Source: the human T2T-CHM13v2.0 reference genome, Homo sapiens. From it: 64,000 nt of DNA. The stretch is taken from assembly GCF_009914755.1 (NCBI RefSeq), contig NC_060933.1. The stretch is one strand, 5' to 3'. This document shows, one piece after another, positions 32,173 through 53,511 of the stretch (the stretch's first letter is position 1; the number at the start of each line of letters is the position of its first letter). The position numbers and the translations under genes are program-made. The notes under the pieces were generated by a model. It worked only from the letters and a program-made list of their open reading frames with translations, did no database searches and was not told where the DNA came from.

Positions 32173-33413
32173 ATATTTTTAAATCTTTAATATTATTTTT
32201 GCAGTTCTTCATGGATCTGATGCCTACATGCTATCTGCCTGGGTGCCACTGGAGCTCTGAATTTTACATACCAGGTTATGTATGGACTTAGCTCTATTAT
32301 GAACAGCAGGTTGGTGACATCAGAATCTGGAGGTGGCATGCAAGCACACCCAGATACCTCACTCTGTTTCTCACAGCCCTCACTTATGTCCCTGAGTAGA
32401 TGAAGCCAATAATTCTGCAGAAGGGAACAAACAGCAGGAGGCCCATTTCTGTGATATGAGGATCCTGCACTTAGGGCTGTTCAGCGGATAGGTTACAAGG
32501 GTAGAGTTCCAGATAATGCAGTTTCATAAAAGTAATTACTTAATGGTTTGAGTTCTTTATAGAAGTATAGGCATGTGCCTCAGACTTCAAAGCAGGAAGT
32601 ACCCAGTCTCCCATCTGTTTCTTAATAACGCAGATACTGCTGTTGTGAAAAAGGCAGAGTTCTGGAATATTCCCACTGTTATAGCTCAAGGAAAAATGTA
32701 TTTTCCTATGGTACACTGAAGAAGGATGAACTCAAAGGCTAATCATTGACTAGTCACATTAAAGTGTTCATTTCTTCTTAGTGCCCCTTTCAGACAGAAG
32801 TGCCTTGGATGAAAGTTAAGAGACCTGGGGCCTGATTCTTCAGCCCGAGCCAGTGAGCAGGACACAGAGAAGCACTTGTGCCCTCATCAGAAGAGTTTCA
32901 TGCTGAATGAGCTCCGAGGAGTGCTAGAGGAATTACCCTGTGATTGCCCACCAGCTTCCCCTTGTTCTGGGATCTGAGAGGAGGCAAGATAAGCCTCCCT
33001 GTAAAATCCTCACACCTGCTTAGAGTCTGCCCCATGCTGGCTATGCTGCCACTTTGCCCATCTTTCCCCCACACTAGACAACATTAATCCATGATGATAG
33101 CTATTCCAGCAGAGCCAGAATCTGGTTTCAGAGTCTTTTTCAAGATAGCTCTGTAGGCAGCCACTTTGGATCATCCAGTCAGCATGAGAGAGGAGACTTG
33201 TTTGCAGTCCTGCTTCTGAGTGAATTTGTCTAAAAGCAATTCTAAAATCAATGTCCAGAGAATAGGGTTAAGAGGACATTGGGGAGGGGAAGGGCAGAGT
33301 CAGGGCTACTGGAGAACATAGCTATTACTTAGGTGGGGCTGCCCCATGGCAGCCCAGGTATAATATGCCAGCCTTCAGATAGGCCTGGTGATCTCTTCCC
33401 ATTGTATTTCCCC

Positions 33414-33415
<2 letters not shown>

Positions 33416-33451
<36 letters not shown>
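33416..33451. repeat. (TG)18 microsatellite
   Basis: Perfect dinucleotide run. Confidence 0.97.
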
Positions 33452-33452
<1 letters not shown>

Positions 33453-33726
33453 CTGTGTATCCAAGACCCAAGATAACTGGCTGGAGCTGTGGGTTCAGCC
33501 TGCAACCATGGAGCAAGAGGGATCCCCCTGATGGAGATCAAACTGATGTCCTTGATTGCCCTAGTGTGGTTTTCAACCAGCTAAGCTAGCTTGTGACCAG
33601 CAGAGAAAAATAAGGGCTCATTGTTCAAAGTGTGGTCCGTGGCCAGCTTGTTGGCCTCCCTTGGGAATGTGTTAGAAATGCAGAATTTCAAGCCTCATTC
33701 CAGAGCTACTGAAACAGTGATTTAGA

Positions 33727-34396
33727 GGCCAGGTGCGGTGGCTCACACCTGTAATTCCAGCACTTTGGGAGGCTGAGGTAGGAGGATTGCTTGAGGGCAG
33801 GAAAATGAGACCAGCCTGGGCAACATTTCAAGATCCCATCTCTTAAAAAAAAATAGCCAGGCATGGTGGTTGATATGGTTAGGCTTTATGTCCCCACCTA
33901 AATCTCATCTTGAATTATAATCCCCATAATCCCCACATGTCAAGGGAGAGAGCAGGTGGAGGTAATTGAATCATGAAGGCAGTTTCCCCCATGCTGTTCT
34001 CGTGCTAGTGAGTGAGTGCTCACAAGATCTGATGGTTTTATAAGGGGCTCTTCCCCCTTTGCTTGGCGTTTCTCCTTCCTGCCACCTTGTGAAGGTGGGT
34101 GCTTTGCTTTCCTCTTTGCCTTCCACCACGATTGTAAGTTTCCTGAGGCCTTCCCAGCCACGCTGAACAGTGAGTCAATTAAACCTCTTTCCTTTATAAA
34201 TTACTCAGTCTTGGGCAGTTCTTCATAGCGGTATGAAAACGGACTAATACAGCGGTGCATGTCTGTAGTCTTAGCTGCTGGGGAAGCTGAGGTGGGAGGA
34301 TCGCTTGAGCCTAAGAGATTGAGGCTGCAGTGAGCTCTGATTGCACTGCTGTACTCCAACCTGGGTGACGGAGCGAGATCCTGTCTCTTAAAAAAG
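33727..34396 (+). mobile_element. AluJ-like split by a THE1 LTR, inside MER5A (~33620-33720 and ~34410-34470)
   Basis: Left arm and linker at 33727-33870; right arm resumes at 34252. Confidence 0.88.
33871..34251 (+). mobile_element. THE1 (THE1C-like) solo LTR
   Basis: TGATATGGTT ... GGACTAATACA; 5-bp TSD GTGGT/GCGGT. Confidence 0.92.
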
Positions 34397-35892
34397 AGAT
34401 TCAAAATTGAAATCATTTTAACAAACCATGCAGGTGATTAATATGCACATGAAAGTTTGAGAAGTACTGGCTTAGAAAAGTCACCATGTAGCACAGTAAC
34501 TTCAAACTGATTAGAATTTTAAGGGTCTACTATGTGCCCAGAAATGTGCTGGACTTTGGTAGATACCAGTGAAGTATGTGACAGGCTCTGTCTCTGAAAG
34601 TAGCTTGGTGAGTGTAAAGGCACCATGCAGAGCACAGACTGGAAAGAGAACCCTGTTTTTGTGCTGCTTTTTATTTTCCTTTTTCCTCTGCTGTTAATTA
34701 TTTTATCCTTATAGTGATGACAAAAAAATTCCTTTAACTCTTATGTTGCCCTGCATTGCATAGGCCCTAATACCCAACTTTCAGAATTTCTCTCAATTCT
34801 CTTGGTGGCTTTGGAGGCTTGTCTCAGTCCTTTCACTCCTCATCCTCACCATCTGTTTCTCCACCACCTTTCTGCGGGCCCCAGGTTTGGACCAAGGCCT
34901 TGCTTTTGCAGAGCACACTGATAGGGCATTTTTCCACCTCAGCTATTGCTGATTTGCTTATTCTATTGAAAACGGCTCAGAATCTTAGGCAATTCATAAG
35001 GCTTGGAGTGGAATTGCAGAGTGGAACCTGCTTACTGATAAGAAGAGACAGTCTTATTCAATAGATCCTTAATTGGCGGGGCGGGGGTCCTTCACCTGTT
35101 CTGAGATCTATTAAACAGCTCCTTGGGCTGGGTTTCCCGTCTATGAGCGTGCTGAATGGCCAAGGCACAGATGCCAACTACATTCACTAGATGACATACA
35201 CTATTATCTGTCTTCTCCATCTTCGGCAGGTTTGCCACTCTAGACTACCATCTCGGGAGACTGCACTGCACTGCCCAGCACCAAGTAATGCAAGATCAGT
35301 TATTCCTACTACGTTCATTGCTATGGGTCAGTTTCAATGGTGTAACTGTCTGATATGTCCTCTCAACATACAGAACAGCGATTAGGAGAAGCAAGACAGG
35401 GTGTCTCTAAAGTCTGTCAAGTGGGTAAAAGATGGCTGCTGAAGTGGGTTCCATTTGCCTTCTCTGTCCTCTTTCAGGCCATTAGCTTGTGGTATGGGGC
35501 ACCTCACACTGCCATCCCTGGCTTCTGCCAACTGCCAACATTCAGGAAGGCAGGCTTCTTTAAATCTGAGTCTGTGGATTAATTGCATTTTCTTAGACAC
35601 TGTTAAGAATCTGTCAGCATTTCCATTAAGAAAAGATTAATAAGATGACAAATTGCTAGCTCTGTCAATGCTCTTTTGTGTTTTTTTCCCCCTGAGGATT
35701 ATTTTGGGTGAAGATTTCCACTCTTGAGGCATTGTTACACAAAACTATATGATCCTCCACTCTGCAATAGAATAGTCACTAACCCCATGTGACTACTTTA
35801 AAGTAATTTAAAATAAATGAAAGATTTAGTTTCTCAGTTACACCACATCTGCAACCTTCCTTTATTCCTTTCTTCTCCTTTGTGTGTGTGTG

Positions 35893-36550
<658 letters not shown>

Positions 36551-37154
36551 TAGTCACGAGTGGCTAGTGGCTACAGACAAAGGACATTTCTATCACAGTT
36601 CTTTTAGACAGTGCTAAGAGTGGCCCAGTAGAATTTAGAAGAAAGACATGGTCTTCTTTGTCACATGGGCCTTAGTCCTAATCTCATTTCTTCTAAGTAG
36701 TGAGATGACTTTGGGCAAGTCATTTGACTTCCCTAAGGGCTCAGTTCCTGCGTCTGTTAATGGGGTACTTCTACTTGCATAACAGGGTCCTTCTGAGAGT
36801 TCTGGCATCAGTGCTCAATTGGCAATAACCTCCTTTGTCCTGCACCTCCTGCCAAACAACCTATTTCTCTTAATCCCTAGATCACCTGTATTACTAGAAG
36901 CTCATTTTGAGCTTGAAGGTCTGGCCAGGAGCAGAGGGAATCACCTTTCCCTCAATGGTAGAGAGGGGAATTTGTGATATCCTGAGATTCTAAGATTGTG
37001 ATACCTGCCCAGGCAGGGAGGGGATAGGCTTTGCTTCTTCTGCACACCTTGCCTTTATCTCAACTCATTTCTTCTCTCAGTCACTGCCTGAAATGAATGA
37101 GTGTGTTGAAATGAGTAATATTTGGAGTTTCAAATGAATAATTGTTACATAAAT

Positions 37155-37330
37155 CATTAGTTCTCAAATTTTAGTGGACATCAGAATCACCTGGAGGGCT
37201 TGTCAAAGCACGGATTTCTGGGCTCCACCCCCAGAGTTTCAGGGTCTGCAGGTCTGATGTGGGGCCTGGGAATTTGTGTATGCATTCCCAGGTGCTGCTA
37301 CTCCTGGTGGCGGTCTGCAGTGTACCTGAG
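37155..37330. mobile_element. MER5A
   Basis: gttctcaaattttagtg..catcagaatcacctggagggcttgt motif. Confidence 0.75.
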
Positions 37331-39207
37331 TCATGGAAGCTGGAGCATTTTTATAAGCAAAGATTAAATTGTATCCTTGCTTTACACAGAGGATACCCAG
37401 CACGTTCTTGAGGGCATGAGAATTCCTTATAACATTGTTATAATTGTGATTTCATTGTCAAAATAGAAAAGATTCACCCCGATTGTGGATTATAGATTAT
37501 CTTTGTTTCCTTCATTTTTTTTTTTCTTTTTACAAACCCTTGTATCAAGAAGTGCTGACTTACAATAGAGGACGGCGAGGGAGCTGCTCTGCTACATACA
37601 AAATTCCCAGCCAGAAGCAGGTGGTCTACCAGTGGTTTACCACCAGGTTCCCCACAAAACTGGCAGTGCATGAATGGCATAGATGACGGTCTCCAAGCCA
37701 ACTGCAGCATGTAGATTTCAGTGCCTGCTTTTGCATTTGTATGTACAATCACATTATTACCAAGCAATTTCCAGAACTGGCAACATTTGACTTTTGACCT
37801 AGTGTTTCTCAAATTGTCTCTTCCCTTTCTGGTGATACCATGGCTGTAGCTGGACCCCTGGGCCTTCCCTATCCCTGCTCCTGTTTTGTTACTCCCAGGC
37901 TACTTGGTGGGAAAGTGAGACATTTCATTTTCAGGGCATTTTTGGTGGGTGAGCGTCGTAATCTACGATTTTGCCTGTAGAGGGCAGCAGCACCAAGAAC
38001 TTCTGGCTGCATTTTCAGTGTCAAGCGTCAGCCTGGTATCTCTCTGTTCCTTCCATCCCTCTTGTCACCTTGCCCTTTTTTTCTGGAAGTCACATCTAAA
38101 AAAGATATTTGCAAAGTACCCCGGTTGCCTCGGCAACTGGTGCTCAGGAAGGCGGCCTGGGGTGTAGCAGCGGTGTTGGCTGGACGCCCACCTGCTTTCA
38201 GCGTGGCTGAGGGGACTGCCCCCACCCCACAGCCTGGCCACCTGGCAATGCCCAGTGACTGTGGGAGGTGGCTGTCTGGGAAGCCTGTTCTCGCTGCCGA
38301 CTTCTGGGGCTTTGCTCGCACATATCCTCTTTTGCTTTCTTGTCCCCAAAATGCCTCTTCCCAGAAAGAATCTGAGTCAGTCTCTCGTCATTAGATTAGT
38401 TCCTGCCAAACTACGGCAGATGTCAAAGCAGCTGATAGGAAGATTATGATTCTCCCTTTCGCAACCCCAACAGAAAAAGCGGAGTAAAGAACCCGAGCGG
38501 AGAAGGTTGTCAGGCAAAGTTCCGATGAGGAGGGAAGATGGTTCTATTTTGGCAGCTCAGTAACCATATTCCCATTCCCTCTGCCCCATTCAACATGGAG
38601 ATGCAGGAAGGAGTCCCCCTTAACTCCCTGTCTGAACAGCCCAGGATCTTTGGATTTAATGTTGCCTTAAAACAAGAACAGTTTCCTTTCTTTCAATAGA
38701 CACCCCTTGACTTGGCCCACATGCTTGTGGATGTAATGGATTTTCTGAGGAGTATTTTTCCTGGTCTAGTGCTGTCTTTCCTGCATGAACTCACTCATAC
38801 TCTCTCAGTTGCACACACGGGTTTCAATTTATCTTCTTCCTGTCAGACAGCACCTGTTCTGTCACAAGTGAGCGATAACTCCTGACAATTTCTTCTCCTG
38901 AGGCTCACAGGGAAGGAAGTTCTCTGAACCTCCTGGTTGAGGAGCCACTCTGCAGTGGTCTCAGGAGTTCATTTGGTTTGGAACCCTCCTAGTGTAACCC
39001 TACTCTTGTCCCGGAGTGAACCCTTTCTCCTTAAGGAGATGGCACAAGATCTTAGACACATCTTAGATCCAAGACCCCAGACAAAATGGCTCAGTTCAGA
39101 AAAGACTCAAGTCATCAGGATGGTAAAGTGGGCTCAGGAAGTCCTGCAGCCACCTGGGCATCCTTTGTGGGGAAGAAGTCAGCAGTGGCCCCAGGAAAAA
39201 AAACTAG

Positions 39208-40042
<835 letters not shown>

Positions 40043-40711
40043 CGCAGCATGTATCATGCAGCCTGTATCAGCCACAAGTGTCCAGGTGGGAGAGCAACTG
40101 GTGGGGGCGCTGTGGCAGCGGGCAGGAGGGAGGGAGGCTGACTGGTGTTGGAATGCCTGTGCCTCTCTGTTGACTGCCTTTTCCCTCCTGGGTTCTACTT
40201 CTCTGGTCTCTCACGCCAGGCATCCCCTAAGTCTTTCTTTCCCATCAGAACTTTCCTCCTTTCACACTGAGGTGCAAATGGTTGATAACAGTTGAGAGTG
40301 ACAGTTCCTGAGAGCTTTCTCTGTACTACCGTTTTAAGATAATTGTTTATAATAGAAAATGTCAATCATGTAGAAACAGAATAGCATAATCGACTCCTGA
40401 GTAGCCATCATCCAGCCTCAACGATTAACTTAGAGCCCACCTGGTTTCTTCCATACACCTAGATTACTTGGAAGCAAATCCAAGCCATTTCTTTTCAGTA
40501 TGTGCAGAAGGCTCTCTTAAGTCCCAATGTGACCATGCCACAAGCTGGTGAATGACATCTGGTGGCAGGATAGGGTCCATGCTACTCCCTGGATTAGAAC
40601 AGGTCCTCTGCAATCTGGTGCTGACATCTCTCCACTTCCCAGGAGTCCCTACATTTTCAGCTATGCTCAATGTTGTTCTCCCAAACATCACATTTAAAAA
40701 ATCCACCACTT

Positions 40712-40848
40712 AGAACTCCTGACCTCAGGTAATCCACCTGCCTCAGCCTCCCAAAATGCTGAGATTACAGGTGTGAGCCACCGTGCTTGGCCTGGTCTTG
40801 CCCTTACTTTCAATGGCAAAAACAGCAATTACTTTTGCATCAAGCTAA
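40712..40848. mobile_element. Alu left-arm fragment fused to a half MADE1 (Hsmar1 MITE)
   Basis: Alu 5' piece at 40712-40796, then TTACTTTCAATGGCAAAAACAGCAATTACTTTTGCATCAAGCTAA, the right half of MADE1. Confidence 0.75.
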
Positions 40849-43800
40849 CACTATTTTGTCTTCCTCTGTGGACAGTGAAGTGGTTGAGAACAGGGACTGA
40901 GACTTATGTTCCCTGGTGCCACAGTGTTAAGCCCTGTATCTGGCACATCACACGTGTTGAATCCCTGTTGTTGAATGCGTGAATGAACACAGGGCATTCT
41001 GCACCATCACTTGGAGAAACTCGAGATGAACTCCTTGTGCCAGTTACAATTTCCAGAGAGATCAGGGTGTTAGGCTAAATCGGATTCTTAATATTTTTTT
41101 CCATCCAACACTGCTGTGGGTTATGGACCACTTCCTGAGTGGAGGGCTGTCTATGGCTCTCACATGGAAGAACACACTGGAGGGGTTGGAGAGGGCAACT
41201 GGAAGTGGTGGGGGCTGGGTTTGACACAAGTAGTTTGAAAAAGCCTCCTATTGTTCCAGGTGCCCTTCAGGTACAGCCTGTTGGTTGAGAATCATTGAGC
41301 TGGAGAGATAAGGTGCTAGGGCAAAATTCTAGGCAATAGTCCAGAGATGGACAGGGAATTTGAGGATGCTGCGCACAGACACAGTCTTCCTTCCATCTCT
41401 CAGGCTCTTTTGAAGACCATCCCTGAATTAGACCAATGAGAATGAATGGCACTATTTTCCCCACAAAAAACGTGTTCTTTTTCTTCCCCCATGAAGTCTA
41501 GTGGAACTGATACTGAGATTGATTACACATTTGAGTGAGCTCCTGGGAAGAAACAGGGAAGTTAGAATGTTTACAACTTTCCCTGCCCTGATTCATTTCA
41601 AGGACATGGGTCATTAGCCTCTGCCAGCAGACAGAGATAGGTGCATAAATTCCGACCATTTTGTGATCAAATGTGGGCATAACGTTTTTTGATCCTTGAG
41701 GTGATTGTTATTATTTACTGGAAATTCCATTATTAAATTCCAGCAGCAAAAGTCTTTCTCTTCTTTTCTCATAGTTCTCACTAATTAAAACCTGCTATTA
41801 GTCATTGTCTGGCTAGAACTTAACTACTGACCTAACCTAAGCCTTTTAAACAAGAAGCTTTTTATCACAGTTCTTCAGATACTCTGGCTTGTGAGTGGCA
41901 AATCCTCAACCCTGACACCCATGTGCATCACGGCTCGCTGTGAAAACACCCTTGTTAACATGTAAAACACCTCCAGTGCATTTTGACTATTGCAGCAAAG
42001 ACCATTCGCAAAATGAAAAAAACAGACCCTAATATCCAGTTCTGTTGCTTCATAGTGTGACCTCAGAAAAGTAAAATGGCCTATTTAGTTCTCATTATCC
42101 TCACTGACAGGAGAGACTAGAACATGGCAGTTAGGTTTTCCTTTGCATGCCAATGTGACAGGCTGGTAGCAGTTTCTTGGAATGTTCTGCTGAGAAAGGA
42201 TAGTGGGAAGTGGTGCTGTGTTTCATTGCTGATGGGATCCCATGGGTAAGGGATCATGAGTGGCAAGATTTACCAAGTGTTTATCAATTCCAGGTTTGCA
42301 ATATCTTAGGCCTGTCCCTGTAGAGAGATACAGAGTGTGGTTAATGTTCTAGTTGGCCCTAAAGGCAAAATTGACCAGGCAGTAGTTCAGTATTTCAGTA
42401 TGTTTTTTGTAGGTATACATCATCACAGCCTCCAAAAGATGTGGGAATTCCGAGGTCTTTGGTGCACTTCAGAATTTTTAATGTCCTGGATGACCCTGCC
42501 ACTTAGACTGAAATAAAGTCCTTCTTGGTATGTGCTTATTAACCAGGCCAGGCTATTAGATTCCCAGGTCACCTGGTATATTGCTGGATTAGGGTAGGTG
42601 GGGGGACGAAGACCAGTGGCATCCCAGGAAGCAATGGGTTTTCTGATGGATGTAGTATTATTAGAGTACTAAGACAATTAGGATATATGTAATCTTTAAG
42701 CTTAGAAAGTATTCAGATAACCCAACAAAGAACTCATGTTAGAGGTTTTCTGAATCTTAGAGAGGTTATATAAGTGTTCAAAGTCACATGAGGTGGGGAG
42801 GAGGGAGCTAACATCTTTTAAGAGCCTGTTATAAGCCAGGCACTTTATGGAGTTATAACTCAATCTTTCCAACAGCCCTGTGGGGGTAGTAATATAGTAA
42901 TAGTATTACATAGGCAAGAAACTGGTGATTCAGAGTCATGGAATAACTTTCACATTGTTGCATAAGGAGAGACACAGAAAGTCAGTCTTCCCAACAGTCT
43001 GGATTCTGATCATAGTACACTTTGTGTCAAGACTTCTGTCTATTTCCTAACTTCCCAATTCATGGGGACCCCAGTAACTTGATACTTCTGACAACCAGGA
43101 AGTGGTATTAAAAAAGACCCATTCGTGATAAAGATGTTTGTAAGCCAACTGTCAGTATAAATAATTGCTATGGGAATTTTGAAGATATTAAAATTGAAAA
43201 GGGTTTTTAAGCCATTTAGAAGTATTTTTTTATATTCAAGTAATTGACAAGCTAATCAAAACTTCTTTATTAACATCAGGTTTCCCAAGTACTTCTGTAG
43301 GTCATTTATTGCTCACCAACTTCAAGAAATATTTAAAAGCCATAAATAAGAGTTATGCTTTCTTTTAAAAGGCTAAGGACTGACTATACAAGAGGTTAAT
43401 TTGGCTACCTAGACAAAGTAAAAATAAGGAAGAGTGGACTTGGTGCTTCCAAGTGAGTTGAGGATGATAGAAAACAATTAGACCTGCTCAATTTGCATTT
43501 CAAGTCTGTCTCTCTGTCCAGAGAAGGGTTTGTGTCCTGAAGAAGATAAAACCAACATCAGTAACAGGGAACAAAGCCATTTGGGAAATAAGATGATAAA
43601 ACTATATGGAAACAACTTAAGTGGTTGTAAGTCTCAAGACCTTGGGCAATGACCCGGAAGGGTAGTGAGACGAGAACTTTGTGTGTGAGAGCTCCAGACA
43701 CCTGCGTGTTAACCCTCAGCGTACAGAGGAAAACAAAGACGAGCAAAACAACCACAGTCTTCAAGATGGAGAAAAATATTTCACGAGTATACTGAAGACC

Positions 43801-43856
43801 AGCTGGCTTGACGTTGGTTGAGGCCAAAATCTAGAGAACGTTATTAAAACAGGCTC

Positions 43857-50221
<6,365 letters not shown>

Positions 50222-51197
50222 AAAACAGGCTCTTAATTATCAGAACAAGAAGTGTTGATCACCCCAGCAGGCTTTGGGTTTTCCAAGAACACAGGCCAGA
50301 ATTATCTCATACTCTTTTCTAGTACATTATACTTTGGTAATTATGTCTGGATTTTAGCAGTGAGAGTCTTAAAATAGCAAACACTTTAAAAATTATTATG
50401 GGCCAGATTTTATCCAAGCATCTTATATTATCTCATTTAATTATGTCATCCACATTTGAGGTAGATACTATTATTTTCATTTCATAGATGAGGAAATCAA
50501 GGCCCTGAGATTAAGACATCCTATGTAGGGCCCATATGTCATGTCCTGAGGTAATTCAGTATGAAGGGCCCATGTGTCATGTCCTGGGGTCGATTCTCCA
50601 AATGGTAAGTAATGGTACTGTGACTCAGCATCAGTTATTGTATCCTGCCCGAGATGGTAAATCTGCCCGTTAGTTGGGTGACTTTTCAAAGCTTGGGAAA
50701 ATGTTATAGAAATACAGAGATAATGAGGTAAATCAAATTTGTAGTATTAATACTTTGGTGTGGTTTAGGAATATGTTTTATGATCATTTGGATATTTTGT
50801 GTATATTTTAAGGTGTTAAGGAATCCAGCATATTGGATAATCTGATTGCAATTTGAAATGTGTAATTTTTATTAGACTCATGATACTAATTTTAAAGATG
50901 TCATAGATTTTTATTAGGTTTGTAAATGGTATTGAAATGTTTATTATAACCCAGTTTACTAAATTTGGTTTCATTTATTACATTAATTGCTTAGAAATTG
51001 ATTAAGTGCATAGAAAATTTTGTTTTCTAGGATTCTGTCAGGCTTTTGGAGTGCTTGAGAAAATCAGGTCTGTTAAATGTGTAAAATTTAAAATGCCTGA
51101 GGGAATTTAATTAACTAAATTTATAAATTGGATTATTTAAAATTTAATCTTTTATACTTAGTTAACTGAGGTAATCAAAGAAAAAGACACCATGAAT

Positions 51198-51493
51198 TCT
51201 TATTTATTTATTTTTTAAGATGGAGTCTCACTCTGTTGCCCAGGCTGGAGTACAGTGGGACAATCTCAGCTCACTGCAACTGCCTCCCGGGTTCAAATGA
51301 TTCTCCTGCCTCAGCCTCCAGTAGCTGGGACTACAGGTGCCCACCATGACACCCGGCTAGTTTTTGAATTTTTAGTAGAGATGGGGTTTCACCATGTTGG
51401 CCAGGCTGGTCTCCAACTCCTGAACTCAAGTAATTCCCCCGCCTCAGCCTCCCAAAGTGCTGGGATTACAGGCATGAGCCACCGTGCCCGGCC
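51198..51493 (-). mobile_element. Alu (AluS-like)
   Basis: Reverse dimeric Alu; TSD TGAATTCTTATTT. Confidence 0.94.
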
Positions 51494-51708
51494 TGAATTC
51501 TTATTTTCATATAAAATATTAGATTTATAACAAGACTTTTAAGTTGAACTTCAAGGCTTAGGCAACACTAGTCCTTTGAATTTACACTTTCAATATATTT
51601 AATTGATTAAAATTCAATTGCTTTGGAGTAGTCCCTTGAGTGTACAATGTTCCCACAGATATTTAAAAGCTCAAATGATATTAGTAAGCACTCAATAAGT
51701 GGTAGTTA

Positions 51709-52019
51709 CAGATGGTCCCTCAGTCCTGATGATTCATTTATCTTAATGATTTTTGACTTTACAATGGTTCAGAAGCAACGCACTTTCAGTAGAACGTCAA
51801 TAAATTATATGAGATCTTCCACACTTTAGTATAAAATAGGTTTTGTGTTAGATGATTTTGCTCAACTGTAGGCTAGTGTAGGTGTTCTGAGCAACTTTAA
51901 TGTAGACTAGGCTAAACTGTAATGTTCAGCAGATTAGGTGTGTTAAATGCATTTTTGACTTAATATTTTAACTTATAGGCTTATTAGGATGTACCTCATC
52001 ATAAATTGAGGAGCATCTA
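51709..52019 (-). mobile_element. MER47A/Tigger5-like MITE
   Basis: CAGATG ... GAGGAGCATCT ends; internal ttttgtgttagatgattttgc.caactgtaggcta, ttaaatgcattt. Confidence 0.75.
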
Positions 52020-52176
52020 TATAATTAACAGTAACTCTTGCTTTCCCTGTTGTCCCCTTGAATCTCTGCAATTAAACTTCCATGACCATGTATGTATTTC
52101 TTGTGACCCTGAGGGTCCTGATTAGCCACAAGTAAGAATTACTCCAAACAAAACAATACTTCTTTGAGTCAATAAT

Positions 52177-52182
52177 TTTATT
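52177..52182 (-). terminator. SLC24A2: Probable distal polyadenylation signal of SLC24A2
   Basis: AATAAA on the - strand followed ~25 nt later by GU-rich GTATTGTTTTGTTTGG; sits where repeat-poor UTR-like sequence ends and repeats begin. Confidence 0.6.
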
Positions 52183-53202
52183 ACTATTATTTTTCACACT
52201 GAGGAGACTTAGTTACATAAAGTGATATTCTATGAATTGATTATCAGTAGTAGAAGCACAAAGGTATGGACAGTGAAACAAGAAGAAACACCCTTTATCA
52301 GAATGAAGTCCATGTGACAGAAGTACATACTTCAGACAGCCTATGTACAAATAAGTAGAGCTTCCTGTCTATGTACAGACATATTCACAGAGAATAAACT
52401 GACATAGTATCACCATGTATCTCATCATCCAGTGAAAATTACGCATAATAAACACAACACATACAAAATGACAGAAGTAATTTGGAAGTGCATCCACTGG
52501 ATTTTTGTAGGGATGAGGATAGGGGTTACAATGCTCCTTTAAAACGGAGGCGAACAAAGGAAGCATGAGACCACGTCTATCCTAAAAAAGATCCTTTACA
52601 AAAATGGCATTCTGATATTTTTAACATAACCTGTCTAAAAGACAGTTTATATGTTATAGAGCAAATGTCTATGTTGGCGTCAACGTTGACAACATTTCCT
52701 TTGTTTTAACCGTATCTGAAGAACAAAAGTATAATTTCTCTTGCTTTTAGTGCTAGCAGCAACTTCACTGAATCAGGAAGGTAGCTTTTGCTATTCTTAG
52801 CTTTGATGGCTTTTTAAGTATGTGGATTGCTTGAAGGTGGAAGCTGTTGCTTCCGGAGTTTTTTGACTTGAGCAGAAGAAATATCAAGGCTAGATGCAGG
52901 GTATATATGTGTACTTTGTGTTCAGGGTTCAATAGCGCAATTCAGTAACTGAGGCTCCCTCTTCCGAATAGAGTCTCAGCCCTTTAGAGAAACTCTTCAG
53001 ACCACAAAACAGCCTCTAACAGAGGAATATCACTGGCCCTTGGTTCAGATACCCTTTCTTTAGGGCAATTTGGCCACTTAAGCATAAAATTGATGGGGTT
53101 GTCCAGTTTAGTACCCATGTTTACTCTATATGGACAATTTAGGTACCCAGTTCTGGTGGATTTCTAGACTATTAAGTGCTTTTTAGTAATTACTTTTACT
53201 CA

Positions 53203-53511
<309 letters not shown>

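Noticed and set aside
34068-34090. PRDM9 hotspot motif in the THE1 LTR
   Set aside because: CTCCTTCCTGCCACC does not fit CCNCCNTNNCCNC.
50527-50590. 38-bp-period duplication AGGGCCCAT(A/G)TGTCATGTCCTG(A/G)GGT as a p53 element or repeat array
   Set aside because: Only two copies, and the CATG cores lack the RRR flank of RRRCWWGYYY; best explained as a simple tandem duplication.
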